A stretch of DNA of 64,000 nucleotides from Callorhinchus milii (taxonomy: Eukaryota): the NCBI RefSeq assembly GCF_018977255.1, contig NW_024704743.1, positions 54,934,001 through 54,998,000 of the forward strand, in the 5' to 3' direction. The notes under the pieces are model-generated. The model searched no databases. It was not told where the DNA came from and worked only from the letters and a program-made list of their open reading frames with translations. Positions 1 to 10,910 of the stretch are shown piece by piece; within the stretch, counting starts at the first letter, position 1; each line of letters starts with the position of its first letter. Both the position numbers and the translations under genes were made by a program.

Positions 1-482
1 GAGTTTGTCAAAACAGAGAATTCCTGGAAAACCTGTTGCCTTGTTTGGTGTGATCGTCACTTGCAGTATTGAGCATTCACCAAGTGAAACCCATCTACTT
101 TTAAGAAGTGTAAATTACTACTTGGATGAGAAATTAATACAACTAACGGTTGAACATTTGTCTTTTAAACACAATTTTAGTTCCTGCTCTGAAAACAGAG
201 GAAATTACTTTGACTCCTATCTGCACTGTTATGTGTAGACTACTTATTACTTACTGTTTAAACATATAACTTGTGAATAACAGAGCAGTACAAGATTAAG
301 CAAATGACAAAAATGAATGAAGTTCAGCCCAATAAAATTGCTTACATGACAATTTATCAAAAATAAATATAATGTAAATCAAAAGTTGCAGTTTCCCCAT
401 ATATATATGTGTATGCACTGAATGTTACTGAGATTTGCAAACTATCCTCCAAGTTAAATTCATCATTTAAATTCATCATTGT

Positions 483-806
483 GGAGTCCTGTAGCTCAGT
501 GGCTAGAGCACTCGCTTTGCAAGCGAGAGACCTGAGTTCAATTCCAGGCAGGGCGAAACCTTGGGCAAGTTTCCTCACTCCACACACCTAATAATAATCC
601 CTCCAAAACCAAAAACAATAATAAATTGGTCATTTTCAATCTACGACTGTTTGTGGGACACTGCTGTGCGCAATTGGCTGCCGTGTTCGCCCACAAATAT
701 ACAGTCAATTCACTTTACAGTGTGTTCTGTGAAACGCTTTGGGACGTCCTCCCGACGTGAAAAGCGCTATATCAAATGCAAGAATTATTATTATTATTAT
801 TATTAT
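483..806 (+). mobile_element. Young tRNA-Ala-derived SINE (family A, ~320 bp), full length
   Basis: Pol III A box tagctcagtgg and B box gagttcaattcc; anticodon arm ctcgc-tttgcaa-gcgag (TGC); central Deu-like block ctgtttgtgggac..gctgtgcgcaattggctgcc; L2-like tail gggacgtcctcccgacgtgaaaagcgc followed by (att)n; near-identical copies elsewhere in the window; TSD atcatttaa (462-470/805-813). Confidence 0.95.
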
Positions 807-1185
807 CATTTAATACACAGATGTTTGCAGGAGATTTCCCTCACTGTCCAGCGCCTTGGAATGTCCTCCTGATGTGAAAGGTATTATACAGATGTAATGT
901 TGTTGTGCTCAAATTGGCTGCCCCGTTTGGCTACAAACACAGTCATTAAACTTTACAGTAAAATCACGTGAAGAGCTTTCAGATGTTTTGACCACACGAG
1001 AAGGCACAATATCACATGAAGGATTATTATTATTATTATTAATATTATTATTATTATTATTATGACAGTCAATTGTGGGACTACACAGCTATAAATGGGA
1101 CCACAAAAACACTTTGTTACAATAAGTTTGTAATAGATTCTACTTCTCAGAAGCTTGCTTTCATTTCAAACAATTTTTTAAAAAA

Positions 1186-1331
1186 AGCTAAGGATATCTT
1201 GGTTTCGGAGGGATCCATCATAAAAACTTTGTTGTTATTACAAAGATGAAACTCTGTGTTGAGAGAAGAAACCACCGGAACGGGGCGATTAATCTGTTGG
1301 AATACTATGGAATGCAATGGGAACAAGGAAC
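1186..1331 (-). pseudogene. FRAS1: Disabled FRAS1-like exon (C-terminal extracellular region)
   Basis: Acceptor tctttctctttctgtcaag then g ttc ctt gtt ccc att gca ttc. Removing a 10-nt insertion (tggaat-acta-tggaat, 1298-1313) gives FLVPIAFQQINRPVPVVSSLNTEFHLCNNNKVFMMDPSETKISLA, matching my recollection of human FRAS1 FLIPIAFQQTNRPVPVVYSLNTEFQLCNNEKVFLMDPNTSDMSLA. The 3' end is degraded and runs into a TGA at 1149-1147. Confidence 0.85.
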
Positions 1332-1744
1332 CTTGACAGAAAGAGAAAGATAATTTAAATTTACATTTCACAGAACTTTCAAAAGCATTTCTTTCTGCAG
1401 ATTTGGAGGTTATAAATAAATGCAGCAATAAGAGATAAAACAACAAATGCTTTTGAAACTACAAATCTTTCTAAAATAACACTTTGCATCTGGCTATTCC
1501 ACTGGTACAATACAGTACTGTTACATTTAGAATATAAAACATATTGAAACTACCAGTTTTTGAATTTGGTCTACTTCTCCCTATATTTACTCTTTGGTTA
1601 GGGCTTAATGTATAGTTTGGGGTCCAGAGCTATGGGATTTATTTGTGTATAGTATGAGCACACAAAGAGTCGATCATACTGTTTTGCTCTCTCTTCCGCT
1701 TTCCAATCTTTGTATGGACTGTTTTAAGAGGTCCGAAACACTAT

Positions 1745-1890
1745 ATAAATCATAGAATCATGGAATTATACAGCACAGAAAGAGGCCATTCGGTCCATTG
1801 TGTCTGTGCCAGCTTTTTGATAAGACCTATCCAAATCAATCCCACTCCCCTATTCTTTTCGCATAGCCCTGCAAACTTGTCCTCCCCAAA
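1745..1890 (-). mobile_element. CR1 LINE 3' terminal fragment
   Basis: catagaatcatggaattatacagcacagaaagaggccattcgg is the reverse complement of a CR1 3' end; same motif at 2430 and 26170. Confidence 0.75.
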
Positions 1891-2424
1891 TGCAAATTTA
1901 TTTTAATGCTATTACTTCAAAATGTTTATTTTCTCCAGCTACAATATTGAAGCCATTTCTTCCTTGTTTTCAAGATGATGCTTGACAAAGAAGATTCAAT
2001 GTAATGGAGAGTGGAGAGTTGGATTAGTATATGTGACTGCTGTGGAGAAAAACTTCAATGGAGACTTGATGAGCTAAACAACCTGAGCTGTGTGATTCTA
2101 TAGCCTTAAATGAGGACTGTACATCTTAAAATTGACACTTTATTGCTATTTGTAATGTGTATTTGTCTACAAATACATAAGATCCTTGCTTTGAGAAATC
2201 TTGGCAGCATGATAAGGTGCTGTATCAAATGCAAGGATTATTGTTACGTGATGCTAGAATGAAGCAGCTTTGGTCCCGTAGTATAACCACAGAATGAAAG
2301 TGATTTTTGAAGGGTAAAAAGATAAGTGTGGCACGAGCAATTGAGTCTATGTAAAAATTAATATTATGACCAATATTTCTTTGACTAATATAATTTTATT
2401 AGTCTGGATTAGGCTGAATGATCT

Positions 2425-4440
2425 TATACATTAGAATACATCAGAATATTCAGCACAGAAACAGGCCATTCGACCCAACTGGTCTATGCCGGTGTTTATG
2501 CTCCACATGAGCCTCCTCCTGCCCTTCCTCACTAAGCCTTCAAGCATATCCTTGTATTCCTTTCTCCCTCATGTACCTATCTAGCTTCCCCTTAAATACA
2601 TTATGCTATTTGCCTCAACAACTCCTTGTGTAGCATGTTCTACATTCCCACTACTCTCTGTGTGAAAAATTTCTTCTAACTTCCCTATTTGATCTATTTG
2701 TGACATATTGATGTCCCTGGTTTTGGTCTCCCCCACATAGGGAAGAAAACATCTTCCCTATGTCTATCCTATCAAAATCTTTCATCATTTTAAAGACCTC
2801 TATCAGGTCACTTTTAAGAGAAAAGAGCATGTTCAGCCTTTCCTCATACGTATAACTTCTCAGTTCTGGGATCATCCTTGTGAATCTCCTTTGCACCCTC
2901 TCCAATGCCTTTACATCCCTTCTTTAATTTGGGGACCAGAACTGCACACAGTATTCTAAGTGTAGTCTAACCACGGTTCTATAGCAGTTTACCATAACTT
3001 CCCTGCTTTTCATTTTTATCCCTCTAGAAAGGAACCCCACTGCCTGGTTTGCTTCTTTTTATGGCCTTATTAACCTGCGTTGCTACTTTCAGTGAATTGT
3101 GGATGTGTACCCCTAGATCCCTTTGCTCCTCTACCCCATTTAGGTTTTTATTTTCCAGAATGTATGTGACTTCCTTATTCCTTCTACCAAAATGTACTAT
3201 CTCACACTTTTCTACATTGAAATGTATTTGCCATTTAAATGCTCACTCAGCAAGTTTATTAATGTCTTGCTTTAATTTGTTGCAGTCTTCCTCTGTATTA
3301 ATTACTCTCCCCAATTTGGTGTCGTCCGCAAATTTTGAAATTGTACTGCTGATTCCCAAATCCAAATCATTAATGTATATTGTAAACAACTGTGGTCCCA
3401 ATACCGATCCTTGTAGAATACCACTGCACACCCCTTGCCAGTCTGAGTAGTTACCCTTTACCCCTACTCTCTGTTTTCTGTTTTGTAGCCAGCTTACTAT
3501 CCATTCTGCTATTTTTCCCCTGACTCCACATCCTCTGACCTTATTCATTAGTCTATTATGTGGTGCCTTATCGATCGCCTTTTGGAAATCCAAATATATT
3601 ACATATATTACATATATTACATCTACCGCATTACCCTTGTCTCCTCTTTCTGTTAACCCTTCAAAGAATTCAATGAGGTTGGTCAAGCATGACCTTCCTT
3701 TTTGAAATTCATGCTGACTATTCTTTATGTTTTCCGTTTCCAGATATTTTTCTATTACCTCCTTCAGTAAGGATTCCATTATCTTTCCTACCACCGATGT
3801 TAAGCTGACAGGTCTTTAGTTCCCTGGGCTTGTTCTATCTCCCTTTTTAAATATAGGTATAACATTCGCTCTCCTCCAGTCCTCTGGCATTACTCCCTTT
3901 TCTAATGAGTTATTATACATGTGTAATAGTGCCTCTGCTATCTCTTCCCTCGATTTTTTAATATACACCGATGCAATCCATCTGGACCAGGGGTTTTATC
4001 CTCTCTGAGTTTCATTAGTATTTCGATTACATCTCCCCTTTGTATCTTAAATGTATTTATATTATTTTTGATCTCTTCTTCTACTGTCATGTCCACCTGA
4101 TCCGTCTCCCTGGTGAATACTGAGGCTAAGTAATTATTTAATATTTCTACCATTTTGATCTCGCGGCCTGTGAGCTTATTTTGTCCATCCCTCAGTGGCC
4201 CTATTCCTATTTTGATTTTTCTTTTGTTATTTATACGTCTGTAGAATATTTTACTATTTCTTTTTATATTCCTTGATAATTTAATTTCATAATTCCTCTT
4301 TGCCTTCCTAATTTGTTTTGACTATTTTCCTGACTTCTTCGTTTTCTTTTTTGTCATGCTCTCCCTTGTTGTTTACGTACTTAGTGAGAGTGATCTTCAA
4401 TCGATCCTTCTTATACATCCTACTTATTAAACTTAGGTCT
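2425..4440 (-). mobile_element. 5'-truncated CR1 LINE (ORF2 RT region plus 3' end), frameshifted
   Basis: ORF fragments KTPGPDGLH, GRSCLTNLIEFFE, YLDFQKAIDKAPH, QGSVLGPQLFTIYINDL, KFADDTKLG, ERVQRRFTRMIP are typical CR1 RT motifs. Confidence 0.95.
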
Positions 4441-4445
4441 AAAGT

Positions 4446-4762
4446 GGAGTCCTGTAGCTCAGTAGTTAGAGCACTTGCATTGCAAATGAGATACCTGAGT
4501 TTGATTCCCGGCAGGGCGAAACCATGGGCAGGTTTCCTTACTCCACACGCCTAATAATAATCCCTCAAGAAAAAAAATTATAATAATTTGGTCACTTCAA
4601 TCCACAACTGCTTATGGAACACTGCTGTGCGCAATTGGATGCCGCATTTCGCTCACAAATATACAGTCAATTCACTTTACAGTCTATTCTGTGAAGCGCT
4701 TTGAGACGTCTAGAAGATGTGAAAAGCGGTATATCAAACCAAGGATTATTATTATTATTATA
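4446..4762 (+). mobile_element. tRNA-Ala SINE, older subfamily A'
   Basis: Same head and body as family A but more diverged, with tail variant gagacgtctagaagatgtgaaaagc. Confidence 0.9.
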
Positions 4763-5406
4763 TCATTATTATTACATTGCCTGGAGCATGTGCGTGTGGT
4801 GGGGGTGGGGGGTGGGGGGAGTTGTCATGGGACCATAAGAGTTCCAGAAGTTCTTTGATGATGTGATTCTTTTCTAAAGCTTTACACTGGGATATGCTTC
4901 CTTTTAAGACGTCCTCATCTAAGCCTGTAATATATTTTAAGAAAAACAAAATGCTTAACAGAAGCATAATCTGATAAGAAATATAATAAGTCTGATAAGA
5001 AAAGAAGGCAAATTCAACCTTATCCTATTTATATGTATTCAAATTAGCTGTACTGTATTTACTTTCATATTGTAATTATGCATAGCAGCTTCTACTGAGA
5101 CTGCATCTTCCTTGATCTTAGCAAAAACATTTAGCATTACATCCAACATTTCACCCACATAACGCAGAGTCAACACTTGACAGTGTGAAGCCTCGGTGAG
5201 GTGATAAGGTGCTGCATCAAATGCAAGGAATATTATTATGATTGTTAACACATTTTAAAAGGAAATTAATACCGACAACGTATAAAGTATAATATTTTCT
5301 CGCATAGATTACCTCATCAACCTATTTATTTTCAAAGAATATGACTTGATGGATTCATAGTCTATGAGTTTGTATGGTAAAACTTTTGGACTTGGAACAT
5401 GCCAGC

Positions 5407-5732
5407 ATTATAATAATAATAATAATAATCCTTGCATTTTGATATAGCGTTTTTCACGTCGGGAGGACATCCCAAAGCCCTTCACAGAACACACTGTAAA
5501 GTGAATTGACTGTATATTTGTGGGTGAACGCGGCAGCCAATTGCGCACAGCAATGTCCCACAAACAGTCGTAGATTGAAAATGACCAATTTATTATTGTT
5601 TTTGGTTTTTGGAGGGATTATTATTAGGTGTGTGGAGTATGGAAACTTGCCCAAGGTTTCGCCCTGCCTGGAATTGAACTCAGGTCTCTCGCTTGCAAAG
5701 CGAGTGCTCTAACCACTGAGCTACAGGACTCC
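5407..5732 (-). mobile_element. Young tRNA-Ala SINE (family A)
   Basis: Reverse complement of 483-806, nearly identical; (aat)n tail at the left. Confidence 0.95.
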
Positions 5733-5799
5733 ACATTGGATTTATACCTGAAAAGGCTTTGTCTAAATACTCCAGTAAAAGTTCAGTCAAGGACCAGAA

Positions 5800-6500
5800 T
5801 ATAACTCCTTGAAAGGATGGTCAAAAGTATGGCCAACTCGGAAGGTTGAGGTGGACCTTAAAGGAGGCGAGGGAAGAGATGAGTTCAAGGGGCTGCAGGA
5901 TTGAGTTCCAGAGATACAATGAAAGCCCAAACACAGATGGTGGGACAAGTATAGCGGGAAATGTGAATTAGGCTGGTTCATGCTGAGCAGAGGCAGAAGT
6001 TAAGTTGGTAGGGTTTGAGGAAGTCGCTGAGATAGGGTAAATCCATGGAGGGTTGAAAGGTGAGGACAAGGATCTTGAACTCCATCCACTGGGGATGAGG
6101 AGTTAGTAGAGCCGAGTAAAGATGGGGATTAGAGGCTTGCCTAATGTGGGATAGGACATGAACTCCAGAAGTTTCGATAGCCTGTAGTGTGAGGAGGGAA
6201 GTGTTGGATAGTCTGGCAAACAGAGTTTGTGTAATCTAGCTGGGATGTAATGAATGTGTGGATTAGGCCCAAAGGGAGAGGCGGTTGTGGAGACGCGCAA
6301 TGTTACAGAGGTTGGGAATGATGAGTGGGTCAGAGCATGAATGTAAGGTTTAAAGGACAGTTGAAAGTCAAAAAAGAGAGTAAGGTTCTTCACAGACTCT
6401 GCAAGGTGTAGTTTGATGCTGCCAATGACTGAGATGAGAAGGTGTTAATGGGAGTTAAGCAAGAGAGCCTCTGCCTTATTCAGCTAAAGAAATGCCCTCT
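5800..6500 (-). mobile_element. Old L2 LINE fragment
   Basis: Degenerate match to the L2 ORF2 3' region (ggacaaggatcttgaact, FDFQLSFKPYI), collinear with the L2 copy at 48575-49698. Confidence 0.65.
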
Positions 6501-6509
6501 TCACTGGTC

Positions 6510-7480
6510 TCTCCAGCTCCACCATACCCAGGATCCAGCTGATCCAAAACTCTGCCACCCACATACTCACCCATACTAAACTCCGTACCCCCATCACACC
6601 AGTTCTAGCCAGGCTTCACTGGCTCCCTATAGTCGAATGGATCGATTTCAAAATCCTCACATTCATTTTCAGAACCTTCATGCCCTGGCACCTCCCTACC
6701 TCTCCGACCTGGTTAACCCCCAACCCACAATTTGCTGCCTCCGTTCAACTGGCTCCGGCCTTCTTCATGACCCTCATGCCCTCCATGCCATCATTGGTGG
6801 CCGCTCTTTCAGCCACTATGCCACAAAACTCTGGAACACTATCCCTCCGCCTTGCCGCTTCCTTCCCCATCTTCAAGTCACACCTGAAGACCTTCTTCTT
6901 CGACTGTGCCTATGCTCACCTCCCCCTCCCCCCGGCTCAATGTCATGTTCCGCAATGTCATCCAGAACTCTGCAGCCCATGTCATCGACCGCACCAGGCT
7001 CCATGACCCTATCACCCTGATCCTCGTCTGACTCCACTGGCTTCCCATCACACAGAGGATACTGTTCAAGATCCCAGTCCCCACCTTCAAAGCCCTCCAT
7101 GGCCTCACTCCCCTCCACCTCTCTGACCTCATAACCCTTTACCATCCTGCTCACTCCCTCCACTCAGCAGGCTCCGGCCTACTTCATGTCCCCCTCCTCG
7201 CCCGTCCCACCTTTGGAGGGCAGGTCTTCTGCCACAGTGCCCTCACCCTCTGGAACTTTATCCCGCAGTCCCTCTGCCTCGCCCCCTCCCTGGCCTCTTT
7301 CAAGACCCATCTCAAGACTATTCTCTTCGACCGTGCTTTCGATCACCCTGCTTGCCCCCCTGCCTTCCAAACTCCCCAATCCCGACGCCCAGCTCGGGTC
7401 CAAAACGCTGACTTCCAGTGCCTTGGGATGTTCTCCTAGCGTGAAAGGAGCTATACAAATGGAATTTTGTTGTTGTTGTT
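6510..7480 (+). mobile_element. Two consecutive L2 LINE 3' fragments (~6510-6935 and ~6955-7480)
   Basis: LHWLP..I.FKI, LAPPYLSDL, GGRSFS, LWN, FKSHLKT motifs occur twice; the second ends in the L2 tail cagtgccttgggatgttctcctagcgtgaaagg..(tgt)n. Confidence 0.9.
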
Positions 7481-8199
7481 GGCCACGTGTTTCTGTCATT
7501 AATTACCCTCTGTGTAAAGAAAAACAAAGTTTCCTTGTATCTGTCCTGAAATATAGTGTCCTTCACACATCTGAGAGCGTACCAAAAGGTATCAACTTGC
7601 AAATTTCAATCTAAAAAACTGTGTGAACTTACAAACTAGCTCTCCACTACAATTGGGCATGTTTCATTCATTGCCCATGGAACAGCTGAAAAAGGAAAGA
7701 CAGCAGCAGAAGGCTGTAATGGGGCATTCAAGAACAAAATAACATTGAAACTTCTCTGAAGTCAAAACAAACAACTGCACTCCTCTTTACGTTCTCAGAA
7801 ATTTTTTTATTCACAGTTTGGTTAACATTTTGACAGTTGCTATTATATGTAATACCCTTTCAGTTGCTGTTTTTTTTTCAAGTTAACCTGTTTTTGGTTT
7901 GTGTAAATGCCAAGCCAACTATCTGTAGACAGTGTTATTGAATTCCTAGTCTATGAGTTGGTTGGGTAATACATTTGGATTTAGAAATATTAACTGTGTA
8001 TGGGTAAAGTTTGCAAATGAATTTTATTATGTACATTTGAAGTCCACATCAGGCTCCAAATCAGGGATTGGATATTTCTTTTCCAGTGTTCATCTGACGA
8101 GGAGGAACCTCCAAAGAGGTTAAGGGAATTTTAATACCATCCAAAAGAGAGGCAAGCATCTGCTTCTTAAACTCCACACCTCCAATTAGTGGAACTATC

Positions 8200-8740
8200 G
8201 CTCAATAGGAAGGTCTGTGTGCCTTAGCTGGGGACAGGAAGACAGTGGCAATGCTCTCATGCATTTCATACTGAGCTGTGCTGCCCACCAGGAAACTTGC
8301 AGGGAATTCCTGGTACCTGCCATCCATCTAGTAAGGGCTCAAACCCACACTTGTTGGATGTCAAACAACCAACTAGTGACTATTCTCTTTGTAGGCGAGG
8401 TATGAAGGGTCTCCTTGGAGCTGAACTGGCTCCAAGGTGGCATATTTGGCAGAATGTCGGAATCAAGCCAGCCCTCTGTGGCGGTCTCAGTAGTCCAGTT
8501 CCTGAGCCAGGCAGGTCTGCAGTACTCCCGGGCAGTCCTGATGACAGCTCAGCCAGCCTCACTTATCGGCAGGACCTGGAAGAGCAGACCAATAATTGGG
8601 GATAGGGAGTCATCCCCCACTCATCTCAAGCATGCCAGACAGTACTAATAATGGCAAGCTATGTGATTTTAGCTGGTTAGACTCCAGCAGTACCCAACAC
8701 ACACTCTAGGTCCCCGAGCCTTGGCTCCTGCCAACCTGCA
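8200..8740 (+). repeat. Old dispersed repeat of unknown class (family D)
   Basis: Internal blocks recur at 9880-9950 (ttcctgagccaggcaggtctgcagta), 28740-28875 and 47705-47750, and in reverse at 45040-45134/45443-45490. Confidence 0.7.
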
Positions 8741-10059
8741 ACTAATACTTTCAGAATTCGCTGACAACATACTCAGAATCTCAATGTAGGGCTTGAATCC
8801 AGACCTTCTGACATACAACAATAACTTTTATCTAGTGCCTTCATGTAAGATAATGTTTCACAGTGGCAGGTCAGTCATCAGGTAGGTGATAGTAATACTA
8901 ACTGAGCCAGGCTGATGCCTTAAATTTTATGTTACATTATGTTATTGATGTCTGAAAAGAATTCCAGTTAGGCAACGCACCCTATTTCTTGTGCCATTAT
9001 ATCATTTACAATTATAAGATTCACTAAAGATAAATTCAAGTCAAACAATAAATCGTTAATATAACTGAACAAGGTTGTTTATTTATTGCAGGTTTAGAAA
9101 CTCAGTTTCCAAGAACTCCAGTGCTCCAACCTCATGGTTTACAGTTTTTAGATTTTATGAGCTAGTTTTACCCTGCTGGCAGGTTGCCATCAGTTTGAGA
9201 CGAGCTTGCGATCTAAGGTTAAGATAATTGCTTCCAAATGTGAGAGAAGCATTCACTTCTTCCAAAACTGTCAGCCTTTTTCATGCAGGTATTATCATTC
9301 TGAACAAAGAAAGTTTTTTTAAGCTTTTGTGTGAAAGTATGTTGTTCTTTTCTGTGTTAATCCTCAATGCTCCTGCAAAAGAAAGCGGGTTGTGCTGAGT
9401 TACAAGCAAACAATGAACGCGAGTAATCTCCTTATTCTGTCAGGCTAATTTGCAGGTTAACTAATTCAGAGCTCACCATTAACTTTATTGAGAACATTCT
9501 CTTCAAAATCAGACCAAACTGTGGCCTGACTTATGGGGCACCACAATGTTTTATTTTTAAATGCTCACAATTAAATAAATCTCAGGTTTCACACTAGTCT
9601 CCGATTACAATACCGAGAATAGGGATATTTACTAAGCATTAGCTTTGTAGTTTGGGATTTGGTACATTTACAGCACTGAATACCAATGAGTATGTGTGTG
9701 CGTGAGTGAGGGGTGGGGTGGTGTTGGGGTAGGGAAAGCAGGAGAGAGTGGCATTGCACTAGGTTGCTTGTGCCGCACAGAAACACAAATGCAGAGTTGG
9801 TGGGCCAAAAGGCCTGTTTCTGTGCTCCAGCATTGGAGATGTTATGATTATCATTTTAGAAACTTCTGTAAGTCCTCTATTAGCCAGCCCTTTGTGGTAT
9901 TCTCGGTAGTCTGGTTCCTGAGCCAGGCAGGTCTGCAGTATTCCAGGGCATTATAATGAGTACTCCTAAAAATAACATTATTGGAAAAGAGAGTTATCTT
10001 CTTGTCCCTCTAAAAGTCATTGCATCTGGCCCCTTGACAAATTGTGTCTTGTAAGTTCT

Positions 10060-10910
10060 GTGAATTCCTCTTTCCACTCTCTTCCAACCCAATGGCTCAG
10101 TTTTTAGCCGATGTATTTTTCTTGCTTTTCTCCAGTTTCTCGAATCTTCACAATCATGCCAAAATAATCCTCTCCATTGTTCTCTTCAATTCTACCATTT
10201 TGACTGACATCATCATTTATCTCTGTCAATGTTTTTCAGATCCTCAATTCACTGAACTCAAATAAAGCCTCTGGACCTGATGGCATTCCTCCTATTATTA
10301 GTTTCAACAGATGCCTTTATGTCTTCCATCCTCAACTTACTTTTTTCTTGAATATTTACTGCTTGGACACATTGATTCTATTCCCAAGATCTTTCTACCA
10401 GCTGCCCTATTGCTCTTAGATCTGTACCGCCAAACATTATAAAACTGCTCTTCATCTTTTCCTTCAAGTTCAAGCATACTCTATGATCCTCAGCATGGTG
10501 TCAGCATTGCTATTCCACTTGTTCCTTATGTTATGCTCTCTGGATAACTGCTCCTGAACACTTTGTTCGTGCATTTATCATTACCTTTGACAAATCCAAA
10601 GAAATTAAGAGCATCTGCGAGTATATACTTCAAAACAAGATACCATCTTCCACCAAAGTCATAAGCATTTAGTTTCCTCTCAAAGGGTGCTTTGTTTGTA
10701 CGATACCCAATGGCTCATCCTCCGACTCTTTATCCATCAACTCAGGGATTACTCTGCCTATTGTTCAGCTTGATACCATTCTAGACTAATGTCTCCATTC
10801 TAACGTCATCCACCTTCTTCAGATCTCATGCCTTCAGCCACAACCTTTATTCCTTTGATAGTACAATTGATAAATCACTAAACCTTGATCTTACTTACAT
10901 TATTTGAAAG
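10060..10910 (+). mobile_element. Highly degraded non-LTR retrotransposon RT fossil (possibly Crack/Daphne-like)
   Basis: aaagcctctggacctgatggcattcct = KASGPDGIP, followed in the expected order by degenerate (NY)xPIAL (tgccctattgctctt), QHG (cagcatggt) and INSG (atcaactcaggg) motifs; many indels. Confidence 0.65.

Noticed and set aside
60..98. Minus-strand VDGFHLVNAQY resembling FRAS1 VDGFTLKVDALY
   Set aside because: Very short; flanking residues and splice context do not match.
483..555. tRNA-Ala(TGC) gene
   Set aside because: D and anticodon arms are present but the acceptor stem does not close, and the sequence continues into a SINE body in every copy.
561..872. Recurrent ORF family [41 protein letters not shown]
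   Set aside because: Chance translation of the family A SINE, repeated wherever the SINE occurs.
5062..5251. Exon-like ORF LRYVGEMLDVMLNVFAKIKEDAV
   Set aside because: Its upstream half is a degraded SINE tail, and its phase does not join the next candidate exon.
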